Part shown: positions 54,659 to 64,000 of the stretch, in pieces
How the letters are laid out: each line of letters starts with the position of its first letter
Position numbering within the stretch: the first letter of the stretch is position 1
Origin: a virus
Reading direction: 5' to 3' (one strand)
Length of the DNA stretch: 64,000 bases
Virus record (IMG/VR): IMGVR_UViG_3300032267_001204
Location: 8,314-72,313 of that record
Notes under the pieces: generated by a model
The model's input: the letters and a program-made list of their open reading frames with translations, nothing else
Databases searched by the model: none
Told to the model about the DNA's origin: nothing
Program-made: the position numbers and the translations under genes

Positions 54659-54886
54659 TTACTCCTTGGCGAGGGCGGTCATCATCGCCTCGTCGAAACC
54701 GGCGTCTTCGGTCGGTTCGGCTTCCGCTTCGGCAGGAGCGTCGCCGACGGGAAGGCCGTCGATGGCGGTGAGAGTGAGATTGCCGGCGCCGAGCTGAAGA
54801 GTTGCCAAAGCTTCGAATGTCGAACCTTCGGTAACTCCATCAGGCGGAACCATGCCGTCAGGAACAGGGAATGTGATGGATTTCAT
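54659..54886 (-). CDS. Small acidic protein
   Basis: 75-aa ORF after the capsid gene. Confidence 0.6.
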   Translation of the reverse strand: MKSITFPVPDGMVPPDGVTEGSTFEALATLQLGAGNLTLTAIDGLPVGDAPAEAEAEPTEDAGFDEAMMTALAKE

Positions 54887-54897
54887 GTGGTTTGCGA

Positions 54898-54950
54898 GGT
54901 TGCCCCCATTCTACCCCGGAGGTTCACTCCGGGGCAGTGTTGGGAACAAC
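54898..54950 (-). terminator. Stem-loop after the capsid gene
   Basis: CCCCGGAG-gttca-CTCCGGGG nested within a looser outer stem. Confidence 0.55.
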
Positions 54951-56519
54951 TTAGGCCGTCAGAGCCGTAGCTGAAGTGGTCGGGATCGAACCACCGCAAC
55001 CGAAGGCTTCAACCACACGCGGGCAGCGGCGGTGACGAATCACGAAGCCGAGTTCAGGACGGAGGATCTTCGCTCCGTAGGCATACAGCGCCCGGAAGAA
55101 CCCGATCGAGCCGTCAGGATTCAGGGTGCGATCCTGGATGTTCCTCCAGGTGAACTCACCCGACCACGAGTAGGCTGGATTGTACTTCAGTTGACCGACA
55201 CCCGTAGGCTTCGGAATGAGGACCTTCATCACGTCCGCGTGGTAAACCACGGTGTCCGTGTACGGAGCGTCCTTGTAAGCCTGCGCCACTTCGTAAGCGC
55301 GACCAATGCTGGGGTCAACCAGGGTCGAGCCAGTGAAGGGATGAACGCGGGTCCAAGTGCCCGTGCCGCGAACCGCTGTTGCGGCTGCGCTAGCCCCACC
55401 GCCGCCGCTGAACGACACCGCCGGGACGGAGGTGTAGCCGCTGCCGGGATTGGTGATGGTGATCGCGGTAACCGCGCCGCTGGCGATTGTGGCTGTTGCC
55501 GTCGCAGTTACGCCGCCAGTAGGAGCAGCCGCAATCGTGACCGTCGGGGCCGAGGTGTAGCTGGATCCCCCCGCAGTAACTGTGACGGAGTTGATCGAGT
55601 CCGCTGCCATCAGCGTGTATCTCGGCGGGAATTCAACCGTGAAAAACTTAAATCCACGATAAACTCCAGACAGCCCCGGGGCCATCATCAACGGGCTGCT
55701 GTTGCCAGAGCCCTCGAAGGCGTGACGGAAGTCGTCACGGACGTTGCTGTCCTGCATCTTCAGGTCGTAGAAGCTGAAGCGGTCACCAACGAGCGCGTAG
55801 ACTGGCGTCATTTCGTCAACCCGAGTGTACGGATTGATCGAGCCGCCGAGGTAGCCCATCTGCTCGTAGATGAATTCCAGAACGTTCCACGACAAACGAC
55901 CGACTTTCGACGAATCGACCGCGCTGTAAGCGGAGGACGCAGTGGCGTAGGTCGAAGCGTCGCCGTTGGCAAACAACTGGTTTCGGTTCGAGGGAGCCGC
56001 AATGAGACCGCCGGACGAAGAACCTTCCTGCACGACGAAGCAGTTAGCCGTCGCGATAGAGTTGAGGTATTCGTCTTGGTAAGCGTTGGTCCACACCCAG
56101 CGGGTGTTTTCAGTCAGGACGCGGATGATATTCCGGACCTGATCTTCGACCTGCCAAGCGAACTGAAGATCGTCCAAGCAAATGTCGGGCGAGTTCAGAG
56201 CTGCCTTTTTGAGAGTCGTCTGGCGCAGGGTGATGCCGAAGCGGTCAAGACTTTGACCTTCGTGGTTGCGGCACTGGCCGCCCGCTTCGTTGTTGCTGCT
56301 CGTCCAAGTCGAGAACGTGACCGGCGTGTTAGGCAGGACGCGCTCGTAAATCGGATACGAGTATTGGGTGCCCTGTCCGTCGAGCCAAGGCTCTTTGGAC
56401 AAGTGTTTGAGATAGAAGTCGGAGTTCGTGATGTTCTTCGCAACGTTGTTGCGAATCAAACCGGCGTGCTCTTTGAACAACTTCTGAATGTTAGGTGCTG
56501 TTGCGTAATATACAGACAT
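54951..56519 (-). CDS. Major capsid protein with an inserted GSGYT-repeat domain
   Basis: AAAGGAG RBS, biased codons and a downstream hairpin. SPDICLDDL and GEFTWRNI..NPDGSIGFFRA. Call is inferred from context. Confidence 0.75.
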   Translation of the reverse strand: MSVYYATAPNIQKLFKEHAGLIRNNVAKNITNSDFYLKHLSKEPWLDGQGTQYSYPIYERVLPNTPVTFSTWTSSNNEAGGQCRNHEGQSLDRFGITLRQTTLKKAALNSPDICLDDLQFAWQVEDQVRNIIRVLTENTRWVWTNAYQDEYLNSIATANCFVVQEGSSSGGLIAAPSNRNQLFANGDASTYATASSAYSAVDSSKVGRLSWNVLEFIYEQMGYLGGSINPYTRVDEMTPVYALVGDRFSFYDLKMQDSNVRDDFRHAFEGSGNSSPLMMAPGLSGVYRGFKFFTVEFPPRYTLMAADSINSVTVTAGGSSYTSAPTVTIAAAPTGGVTATATATIASGAVTAITITNPGSGYTSVPAVSFSGGGGASAAATAVRGTGTWTRVHPFTGSTLVDPSIGRAYEVAQAYKDAPYTDTVVYHADVMKVLIPKPTGVGQLKYNPAYSWSGEFTWRNIQDRTLNPDGSIGFFRALYAYGAKILRPELGFVIRHRRCPRVVEAFGCGGSIPTTSATALTA

Positions 56520-56718
56520 AAGCCTGAATTTCTCCTTTCAAGAGGTTTTGTGGTTATGAACCTAGTGATGTCCAAAACCGCCATTGCGGAGCCAGACGCT
56601 AGATCCAAGGTTTTCTTTACCCTCTGCGGAAAGGGCCTATACACGCAGTTGTTTTTTAGAGCCGAGTATTACCGCTACTCGTAAGCGTGAGATAAATTAT
56701 ACGCAGCCGGAAAGCGTG

Positions 56719-57048
56719 TCAAATGGCGCTGGGCTGGGATGGCGTCATCGGCAATAGATTTGGGGAATCGCCCATCCATGCAATGACCGCCGGAATTGCG
56801 GAGATGACAGCTTCAAAGGCTGCTGCCAATTCTGGAACTTGCTCTAAAGCTGGATGCAGGGTCACGCTGATGCGCTGCACGAGTTGCTCGTCTGCTAGCT
56901 CGCCGGATGATGTCGCAGGAAGCAGTTCAAGCGTGATGTCTCCGGTTGAGGCTGACGGTTGGCGTGCGTGCAGCGAAAAGATGTGGAGCTTGTCGTATGT
57001 TTTCGCTTCGACAGCAGGAACTTCGATTGGGGTAGGGTTAGTTAGCAT
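56719..57048 (-). CDS. Fibre-associated small protein
   Basis: Follows the fibre gene. Confidence 0.55.
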   Translation of the reverse strand: MLTNPTPIEVPAVEAKTYDKLHIFSLHARQPSASTGDITLELLPATSSGELADEQLVQRISVTLHPALEQVPELAAAFEAVISAIPAVIAWMGDSPNLLPMTPSQPSAI

Positions 57049-57053
57049 AATGT

Positions 57054-59855
57054 TTAGACTGGGTAGCAGTAGAGGTCTACCATGACTTTGACGTCGGCTG
57101 GATTTGTAGTAGGCCAACTAATTTTAAAGGAAAATTTATCTCCAGCCGACACCGGGATGTTCAAGTTAGTCGCGTCATGGGTCACAAAAGCCTGCGTTGT
57201 GTCTGCCACGAGGCCGCTATAAAGCACATAGTCCGTCGATGTCGTATTGTTGTAGAACGAAACCACGCCATCAGAGACAGTTGTCGCGTTCCCAGAGGAC
57301 AATGTGATGCAGGCTTTCTTAATAACACACGCCTGATGCAAGGTGCGCTGTCTTTTGGCTACGCCACTGGAATACCCAGCACCGCCCGTTCCGTTGAAAT
57401 AAGAAATAAACGGCCCAACGGTTTGTCCTGTTGTTCCTGCTAATCCAGAGGCGCTCGCGGCACTAATAACAAAAGGACTGTTAGTTGTGTTTATCGTCAC
57501 CGCGCCTGTGCCGCTGGTTGGGCTGATAGAGACGTTGCTTCCCGCGACAATCTGAGTGACGCCGCCACTAGAACGGAGCGGAACGAGTTCCCACGCCGTT
57601 CCGTTGTAAATGAACTCTCTGCTATGACCTACCTGTAGTGTGGCTATCGGTGAACTAACAGTTATTGAAGACACTTCAACTGAGCCAAGCGCTGAAGCTC
57701 CAGCTTGCGCGGTAACAGCGATTACATCTCCAAGGACACCAGCGGACAAAGTAAATTGCCGAGCGCTGTTCGCGTCAAATATGAAGATCTGCTCGGATCG
57801 TTTTCCGTAAGATAAAGGATTTGTGCTGTTTGCTCCGCTGGCGGTGACAGTCTGAGTATATTTATTGTAAAAGCTGCCGCCAGCGATAATTGCACCGCCC
57901 GTTGTCGTAGTAACATAGCAATTTGCGGCAGTTCCCAGCTTCCCATCGCTAGTCAAACTTCCATGAGTATGAATTCCCGACACCAAGCCGCGATATGCCC
58001 ATGCCCCGTCCACAAGTTCGAATGCGTATAAACCCTCTGCTGTAATGGTGAGCAGATCACATTGTGAGTAATTTTCTATGCCCAATGGGGTCCCGCCCCA
58101 AAGATTCGTGTAGTAACCCACATACGGGATGAAGACGCCGCCAACATTGGCGAGAGTTACCAGTTGAAAAGGGTAAGCCTTGACCGTAAGTGTTGAATTA
58201 GTCGATGCTCTATAGTCTAAAATAAGCCGGTCCCCGTTTTTTGCTTTGTCGGTATGTGCGCTTGGGGGTGGACCTAAATTGAGGATGTCTCTCGTATCCC
58301 CATTGCCATCAATCTGCGTCTGTTGACGAGGCAGAATAATCGCTCGGTTTTGCCCAGTAACATTGCGAACCGTGAGATAGAGGTCGCGGCTCGCCGCGAT
58401 TGGCATAGGCGGTTGAAGGCCTCTGCTTGTTTTTAGGTAGCCCGTGGTAGCATTAACAACATCGGTGGACCCATCGCCCACCCAATAAACCATCCGTGTT
58501 TCTGGCATAACCGCGAGAGTTCCGCTGGCATCGGGCAATGCAATAGACCTGTTAGCCGTCGCTGTTCCTGTGAGCGTGGTGCGTTGGCCGTCGGTTCCTA
58601 ACTGAATGCTTCCCTTGGCGCGGGTGTCTATACTGCCACCCCCCGCTGAAGTATTGATGGAGCCGCCGCTTAATGTGCCAGACGCGTTCATAAGCAGAGA
58701 ACCCCCGCTTCCTCCACTTCGGCTGCCAGACGCATTAAAAGGGGCCACAAGTTGCCCGACCTCTCCGCTTAAATTAATAGAACCAGAATCTCCTCCGTTA
58801 CCTTCATCCTCATCTGCCGCCCCAGAATTACCGCCATTAAGCCGAATACTCCCACGACTGCCCCCGTATTTAGTCGGATGTCCAGCCATTACTGAACCGG
58901 AACCACCATGCGTTTGAACGTCTGGCAACATTGACGTATAAACAAGTGAAGTTGGAGTGAAAACAACGCTCCATACTGCCGCGCCCTCGGTCGAGTTTTC
59001 GCACCTGTATAGGGTTCCGTCATTTAAAACCCACCGCGATCCCACAATAAATCCTTTGGTTACATCATCGGCGGTCTGCGGCACTGAAGTTCCGCAATGC
59101 TCAACGCGACGAATTGTGAACCCGTCTTGTTCCATAGCATAGAGCCGACCCGCCTCCCATTTCAGTTCGTATTGCGCCGAGCATTCAAGCGCAATGCCTT
59201 TGTATCCGCCGTTGCCTGCGTCGGTTGTTCCTTTGCGTAGCTTCGCGCCGTTGTCCAGCGTCAGCGCGGTGCTAGAAAGGTGCGTAGACTTCGTAGGATC
59301 CGAATCCGAATAGGCTCGGAACCCGTCCGGCTCCATCGTCGCCTGAGTTCCCGTGTTTGTGCCGTCGATCTTCTCTTTGACTCCGAATCCCCAGCCGCCG
59401 AACTCGGTATGCACGCTGCGGTCATTGCCGTCAGGCGAGGTGGATGCTGTTACTTCAGCGTCAACGTCAAGCGCTCCTCCAGCGAGGGGTAGGGCGAACA
59501 CGCTCGACCACGAAGAAGTGCCGGGAGGATAGCCCGGATTTCCGGGGTTTGAGACACGGACGAAAAGTTGGCCCGGCCCTCCGTAGGGACTGCCAACGGG
59601 CGTGCTAACTACGGCCCCAATTCCGTAATCCGCGCCGTTATCGTACTCGCCCACGTAGCCGGGATACGAGCTTTGAGGGCCAGCGGGACCGACGGGACCG
59701 ACGGGGCCAACAGGGCCAGCCGGGCCACTCGGACCGACGGGGCCAACAGGGCCAGCCGGGCCACTCGCCCCCGGTATTTCGACTACTTCCTTCGGGGCCT
59801 CACTAATCTCGACTACCACTTTCGGAGCCTCGATGATTTCAATCACCTCGGCCAT
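57054..59855 (-). CDS. Fibre protein with collagen-like repeats
   Basis: [30 protein letters not shown]; Gly/Thr-rich mosaic; TAATG coupling. Confidence 0.75.
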   Translation of the reverse strand: MAEVIEIIEAPKVVVEISEAPKEVVEIPGASGPAGPVGPVGPSGPAGPVGPVGPVGPAGPQSSYPGYVGEYDNGADYGIGAVVSTPVGSPYGGPGQLFVRVSNPGNPGYPPGTSSWSSVFALPLAGGALDVDAEVTASTSPDGNDRSVHTEFGGWGFGVKEKIDGTNTGTQATMEPDGFRAYSDSDPTKSTHLSSTALTLDNGAKLRKGTTDAGNGGYKGIALECSAQYELKWEAGRLYAMEQDGFTIRRVEHCGTSVPQTADDVTKGFIVGSRWVLNDGTLYRCENSTEGAAVWSVVFTPTSLVYTSMLPDVQTHGGSGSVMAGHPTKYGGSRGSIRLNGGNSGAADEDEGNGGDSGSINLSGEVGQLVAPFNASGSRSGGSGGSLLMNASGTLSGGSINTSAGGGSIDTRAKGSIQLGTDGQRTTLTGTATANRSIALPDASGTLAVMPETRMVYWVGDGSTDVVNATTGYLKTSRGLQPPMPIAASRDLYLTVRNVTGQNRAIILPRQQTQIDGNGDTRDILNLGPPPSAHTDKAKNGDRLILDYRASTNSTLTVKAYPFQLVTLANVGGVFIPYVGYYTNLWGGTPLGIENYSQCDLLTITAEGLYAFELVDGAWAYRGLVSGIHTHGSLTSDGKLGTAANCYVTTTTGGAIIAGGSFYNKYTQTVTASGANSTNPLSYGKRSEQIFIFDANSARQFTLSAGVLGDVIAVTAQAGASALGSVEVSSITVSSPIATLQVGHSREFIYNGTAWELVPLRSSGGVTQIVAGSNVSISPTSGTGAVTINTTNSPFVISAASASGLAGTTGQTVGPFISYFNGTGGAGYSSGVAKRQRTLHQACVIKKACITLSSGNATTVSDGVVSFYNNTTSTDYVLYSGLVADTTQAFVTHDATNLNIPVSAGDKFSFKISWPTTNPADVKVMVDLYCYPV

Positions 59856-60190
59856 TAGCGCGTAACCTCCGGAGTGCAAACCGCCACGCCTTCGATTAAC
59901 CGCGTGACTTCGCTGTTTAAGACAAGCTCCAAGTCGTAGACGTATCGGCCCGCAGGAAGAGCCTGCGTTTGTGCCTCGGTAAGCGACACCTTAATTGTCC
60001 CAGCCGTCCCTCCCAGAGTAATTCCCGACGTGTTCGTCAATGAAATCGCTGCGGTCGGAGCGTCGTAGCTGGTCCGGAGCTGCATACGTGCAGACGCCCC
60101 CGTCAAACTCACCGGGACGCCGCCGCGCTTGTAGACAAGATCCAACGACCAAGTCGTGCCTTGCGGAATTGTGATGTCGTGGGAGACCAT
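59855..60190 (-). CDS. BppU-like Ig-fold virion protein
   Basis: [21 protein letters not shown] and YVYDLEL. Confidence 0.65.
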   Translation of the reverse strand: MVSHDITIPQGTTWSLDLVYKRGGVPVSLTGASARMQLRTSYDAPTAAISLTNTSGITLGGTAGTIKVSLTEAQTQALPAGRYVYDLELVLNSEVTRLIEGVAVCTPEVTR

Positions 60191-60204
60191 CCGCTAATAT
60201 ACAC

Positions 60205-61413
60205 CTATGCGCCCATTCCTGCTTTCACCGCGTCGAGAAAGTCCTCGTAGTCGGCTCCGCCATCAGGAGAAACCGCAGGAGACGTTCCGCCGCCCGCCCC
60301 AGGGGTCGTGGCTGTGTATTTCTCTAAGGCAGACGACACTTCTTGATATTTCTCAAAAAGATTTGTGAGCTGCGTGTAGAGGAACGGCGCCGCTGCCGCC
60401 CGAAGCGCAAAATCGGCGCGTTGCGGGATTTCAAGGCGATCAATATCGACGGATCGCGCAGTCTGCACGACGTTGTCGATCGCCCCGTTCCACGCATCGT
60501 CCCCTTCCCGCTTGCGGAAAAGCGGAACGTTGTCCTCGACGGCTTTCCACACTGCGTCGATTGACGCGTTGTAGGTGCGGCCCATTTCCTCTTGGGCCTT
60601 GGCGGCTTGCGCTTGACGATGCTCGTCGAGCTTCTGGTTGGCGAGCTTGGCGTTGCCGGCGATCCGAGTGCGGATCCCTTGAACTTTTCGAAATTCCTCG
60701 GCCAGCTCGTACAAGCGGAAGCGGTCGAGGTCGTTCATCCCCGACGCAATGTCCACCAGCAACTCGGTTTGGCGCTCGGAGTCCGATTCGGCAAAAGCCG
60801 TGCGAAGATCCGCTTCACGGACTTCGTACTTCTTCGCTGTTGCGGAGATTATGCCGTCGATTCGCCGCAACGGCTCGACCACGGCCTCTTTGTATTCCTG
60901 GGTGGCTTCGACGCGAGCGATTTCCAGCTCACGTTCCTGAGCGTCAATGCGCTCCCGCATTGCCTTCAGTTCGGTCGGATCGGCCTCCCGGGGCTTGGAT
61001 TCCAACGCAGCAAGCTTGGCTTCAAGCTCTTGGCGACGCGTCCGCTCTTCTTTCAAGGCGCGGCGTTGCTCTGCCCACTTGGTTTTGGCTCCAGGCGTAG
61101 GCGCAATGTCGTCGCCCGGAGGTTCTTCTAGATCGTCGTCTTTCGGGGCTGCTGGCTCATCTTTCTTACCTTTGAGCGCGGCGACCAACGAATCCGCCGA
61201 AGGCCCCTTGACCTCTGGCTTAACAGCCTCGGCCGTCGGAGCCGGTGCGGATGCTGGCGCTGGTGCGACAGGAGTAGCCGCTGCGGTTTCGGTCGCAGGA
61301 CTCTCGAAAGCTTCGCGCATGGCGCGAGCTGCATCGAAACTGAGTGAACCGCCCGCCTCATCAGGCGACGGAGTGTTGTCGGCCGAAGCCGGAGCAGTGG
61401 TTTGGTTGTCCAT
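60205..61413 (-). CDS. Putative capsid scaffolding protein
   Basis: Acidic Pro/Ala-rich N-terminus followed by a long coiled coil. Confidence 0.65.
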   Translation of the reverse strand: MDNQTTAPASADNTPSPDEAGGSLSFDAARAMREAFESPATETAAATPVAPAPASAPAPTAEAVKPEVKGPSADSLVAALKGKKDEPAAPKDDDLEEPPGDDIAPTPGAKTKWAEQRRALKEERTRRQELEAKLAALESKPREADPTELKAMRERIDAQERELEIARVEATQEYKEAVVEPLRRIDGIISATAKKYEVREADLRTAFAESDSERQTELLVDIASGMNDLDRFRLYELAEEFRKVQGIRTRIAGNAKLANQKLDEHRQAQAAKAQEEMGRTYNASIDAVWKAVEDNVPLFRKREGDDAWNGAIDNVVQTARSVDIDRLEIPQRADFALRAAAAPFLYTQLTNLFEKYQEVSSALEKYTATTPGAGGGTSPAVSPDGGADYEDFLDAVKAGMGA

Positions 61414-61417
61414 AAAA

Positions 61418-61699
61418 TTATTCTTCAACGAGTGACGGCATCAGATCTCGGGCCGACGGGGCTAGTCGGGCGGGCATTGCGAGTCGCTCAAGCGAGCGAA
61501 GTGCATGGAAGTAGCCTTCACGCCGAGCGTTCTGCATGGCGTTCCATTCCATAAAATTCAATCCGGGAGGAGTAGGCATCTCAAGCGGCTCGCCCAGTTC
61601 CTTGAGAATGTCGATAGCACGTTGAACGTGCGGTTCTCGTAGAGTTCCAGCCAACGCAGGGCGGAACAGCTCGTTTTTGCGGTATTCTTCGGCAGTCAT
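61418..61699 (-). CDS. Small head-assembly-associated protein
   Basis: Precedes the scaffold; ATGA overlap with the endolysin. Confidence 0.55.
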   Translation of the reverse strand: MTAEEYRKNELFRPALAGTLREPHVQRAIDILKELGEPLEMPTPPGLNFMEWNAMQNARREGYFHALRSLERLAMPARLAPSARDLMPSLVEE

Positions 61700-62277
61700 T
61701 GAGTGGCTTGAAAGTGCATGGCATCTCGGGACCAGAACGCTCCGGCGGAAAGCCAACCCTCGCGGGCAAAGATTTCCATTACGTCGAAAGGCATCCGCGA
61801 CTTGGTCGGCCAATGGGTAAGATTTCCGTTTCGATTGGCATCGAGGTCTACAGCAGCGGCACGGGCATGAAGGCTCGGCAAGCTGCCGCCGCGCATCGAG
61901 CGATTAGCGAAAGCTCCGAAGAAACGATTCACTCCCGCTTCCGTACGGGCCTCGTCGGTCTTGTAGCGCTCCCCGAGAGCTTTGAGAATTCGCTCGAAAC
62001 TCGGCGCGAGCTTTCCGTGAACGGCTATCGTCTTCACAGTCGAAGGGCCGTTGTACAAAAACATCTTGTACGGCACCGGAACCGGCTCCAGCAGGACATG
62101 TCCGGGACGCCCGTAAAAGTTGGTCAGCGCCGCTTGCGTAGTCTTAGGCCAAGGCTTTGATGCCGGCATCAGCCCCCGAAGATGCCGCTGGGCGGCTGCC
62201 ACGGACTTGGGTCCCCAAAAGCCGTCAGGCTCAGTCCCGACGGTTTCTTGGATAATCTTGATCTGAGTCTGGTTCAC
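61696..62277 (-). CDS. Endolysin: M15-family peptidase with N-terminal peptidoglycan-binding motif
   Basis: DGFWGPKS, R..SLHARAAAVD and DAMHFQ. Confidence 0.85.
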   Translation of the reverse strand: MNQTQIKIIQETVGTEPDGFWGPKSVAAAQRHLRGLMPASKPWPKTTQAALTNFYGRPGHVLLEPVPVPYKMFLYNGPSTVKTIAVHGKLAPSFERILKALGERYKTDEARTEAGVNRFFGAFANRSMRGGSLPSLHARAAAVDLDANRNGNLTHWPTKSRMPFDVMEIFAREGWLSAGAFWSRDAMHFQATQ

Positions 62278-62420
62278 CGGGTCGGCTTGACTACGCTTTT
62301 TCCTGTCGGCTCTACCGAAATAGTCACTCGCTGGTTAACGAAATCGTAACCAAACCCAATCTTCGGGGTCACGCAGCCCGCGAGTAGAACCCCGCAAGCA
62401 AGGATAAAAGCCCGTCTCAC
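62274..62420 (-). CDS. Small lipoprotein (spanin candidate), not in the ORF track
   Basis: Hand translation: MRRAFILACGVLLAGCVTPKIGFGYDFVNQRVTISVEPTGKSVVKPTR. Lipobox LAGC; GTGA overlaps. Confidence 0.65.
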   Translation of the reverse strand: MRRAFILACGVLLAGCVTPKIGFGYDFVNQRVTISVEPTGKSVVKPTR

Positions 62421-62593
62421 TTGCGCGAAAACTTGGCGATCACGTTGACGATCGCGCGCAGGGTTTTCTCCGGCTGCTCGCCCGGTATAAGCTCAAAGAC
62501 GGCGATCAGACCGACCATAACAGTGGTCAGGGCGCCAATGATTTCGAGCCAGTTCAGTCCGGAGATAAGAGTAAGGATTTCAGTGAGATTCAT
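62417..62593 (-). CDS. Small membrane protein (holin candidate), not in the ORF track
   Basis: Hand translation: MNLTEILTLISGLNWLEIIGALTTVMVGLIAVFELIPGEQPEKTLRAIVNVIAKFSRK. Confidence 0.6.
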   Translation of the reverse strand: MNLTEILTLISGLNWLEIIGALTTVMVGLIAVFELIPGEQPEKTLRAIVNVIAKFSRK

Positions 62594-62615
62594 ACATTTT
62601 GCGGTGTTCAGGTTA

Positions 62616-62858
62616 TTACCTATTCATCAGGTGTCGGAAGCTGTCAAATACCCAAGCGGACATTGCAGCTATGGCCGCTGCCACTCCGTATATGGAGGAC
62701 TTTGCCGTCTCTAGGTGCTTCAACCTCTCGTCGTGCTTATCGAAGACCTTACCGAACCTCTCTTGGTTGTCCAAAATGAGGTCCACCTTAGTCTCAAGCC
62801 GCACAAGCCGCTGAGCGTCTAGGAAGTGGTCTGATTCTTTGCCGGCCATTTCATTCAT
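62616..62858 (-). CDS. XhlA-like coiled-coil plus TM lysis-cassette protein
   Basis: RLVRLETKVD..HDERLKHLE followed by a hydrophobic helix. Confidence 0.6.
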   Translation of the reverse strand: MNEMAGKESDHFLDAQRLVRLETKVDLILDNQERFGKVFDKHDERLKHLETAKSSIYGVAAAIAAMSAWVFDSFRHLMNR

Positions 62859-62885
62859 AATAAACGTGGTTCACAATCAGCGCAA

Positions 62886-63998
62886 CTAGACGAACGTCGG
62901 GTCGATAACTTGCCATCCACGGCTGATGGCCGTTGCTTTACCAGAATCGTAGCCGCCAACTATCGCTCTTCGGCTTGACGGATAGGGCGTGCCCGCGAAG
63001 CTAATCACATTGCTGTCAGTTGACAGGGACGGCGAGAACGACCAATTCCCCAATCGGAAAAGAAAAGTTTCGATGTTACTGGCGGTCATCTGAGAGTTAT
63101 TCGTTAATTGAATTCCGTTGCGGCAGATAATGCCGTAGCCATTAGCAGCAGTGCCGGTCGTGGTTGAGATGCTGATCTGGCCTTGGCCGCTGGTGACGCC
63201 GAACACATTGCTGATGATTAGACGATCAAAATTGTTTCGGTCAAACGGCGCTTGCTCACGAACAACGTGAATCACGCTGGGACAATTTTCGATTTCCAAG
63301 TGGGTAAGTTGACCTGAAATACCGGTCCAGCGAGCGGTTCCCGCAGCGGTTCCAGGAAACACGCTACGCACTGCGGATCCTCCAGTCGTTACGTCGCCAG
63401 TCCCAAGTAGCGGGCAGTTCCTGATGACGGACTTCTTCAGCAACGGACAGCCAATCAACGACAATCTCGTCAGATTGGGGCAATTTTCGGCGGTGAAAGT
63501 CTCTAAAAACGGCATCCCACCGAATATGCTATAAATAGCAACTTCGCCTCCGGTTACCCCAGATAGTGTTATATACGTCGGACGTTGCTTTTCCAAATCA
63601 TGGCGATCAGTTACGGTGAAAAAGTAAGTAGTGACGTTGTTACTCTCGCGCAATGCTGCATGGAGCATGTAGGCCGTGCCGGTACTCGGCCTATTAAATC
63701 CCGAAGGCGGCGATCCAGAAAATGTCAGATTGCGAAAGAAGACGGCAAATCTGCCGGATGCGTACATATTTTGCTGAGCCAGAGTTTGATACGAGGTGCC
63801 CTGCGAAGGGCCAGTAGTACCCGCAGGAACAGTACCGCTCAACCTAAATCCGTTAACAAGGTAGTTCGCGGGGACAAACGTCGCAAAATTATGGTTTCCA
63901 GAGCTGGTATTCAAACCGAATATCGGAGAAGGATTGGAGTTGGGCAGCGAAGTCAAACCGCTGCCTGAAATATCAAGTTCGCGTACCGACATAAGTGC
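62886..63998 (-). CDS. LRR-like virion/surface protein (probably 5' truncated by window edge)
   Basis: LDISGSGLTSL and ENCPNLTRLSLIGCPLLKK repeats; ends in AISRGWQV. Frame is open to the window edge. Confidence 0.6.
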   Translation of the reverse strand, partial: ALMSVRELDISGSGLTSLPNSNPSPIFGLNTSSGNHNFATFVPANYLVNGFRLSGTVPAGTTGPSQGTSYQTLAQQNMYASGRFAVFFRNLTFSGSPPSGFNRPSTGTAYMLHAALRESNNVTTYFFTVTDRHDLEKQRPTYITLSGVTGGEVAIYSIFGGMPFLETFTAENCPNLTRLSLIGCPLLKKSVIRNCPLLGTGDVTTGGSAVRSVFPGTAAGTARWTGISGQLTHLEIENCPSVIHVVREQAPFDRNNFDRLIISNVFGVTSGQGQISISTTTGTAANGYGIICRNGIQLTNNSQMTASNIETFLFRLGNWSFSPSLSTDSNVISFAGTPYPSSRRAIVGGYDSGKATAISRGWQVIDPTFV

Positions 63999-64000
63999 CG

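Noticed and set aside
55032-56684. 550-aa plus-strand ORF
   Set aside because: Antisense shadow of the capsid gene.

Overview
This window is a 64 kb piece of a tailed, probably temperate dsDNA phage with a podovirus-like structural gene set. The host cannot be determined; the integrase motif style suggests Verrucomicrobia/PVC, but only weakly. Layout: (1) 1-14.0 kb, + strand: the 3' end of a tyrosine integrase, RHH/HTH regulators, a Holliday junction resolvase, a SAM methyltransferase, an SF2 helicase fused to a Cas4-like nuclease, an SSB-like protein, DNA polymerase A (Leu762 type), a C5 DNA methyltransferase with a nested alternative-frame ORF, and a primase-helicase. (2) 14.0-15.6 kb: a mostly non-coding control region with origin-like repeats, an atypical short-D-arm tRNA(CAT) and a possible tRNA-end att core. 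(3) 15.6-29.1 kb, + strand: an early/accessory region. Here small genes, a minimal ligase, a VWA/MoxR-AAA pair and a DUF6878/DUF6915-like pair are separated by a family of modular intergenic elements. These elements are built around eight copies of an 18-bp palindrome with perfect arms, ACTCAAC-N4-GTTGAGT, plus shuffled hairpin modules. (4) 29.1-64 kb, - strand: a virion and lysis module with a 3907-aa internal virion protein that hides a candidate overprinted gene, an adaptor-like protein with about 10 tandem repeats, tail fibres, a capsid protein with an inserted GSGYT-repeat domain, a scaffold and an M15 endolysin cassette. Portal and large terminase were not recognised in the window. All functional calls come from reading motifs by eye; no searches were run.
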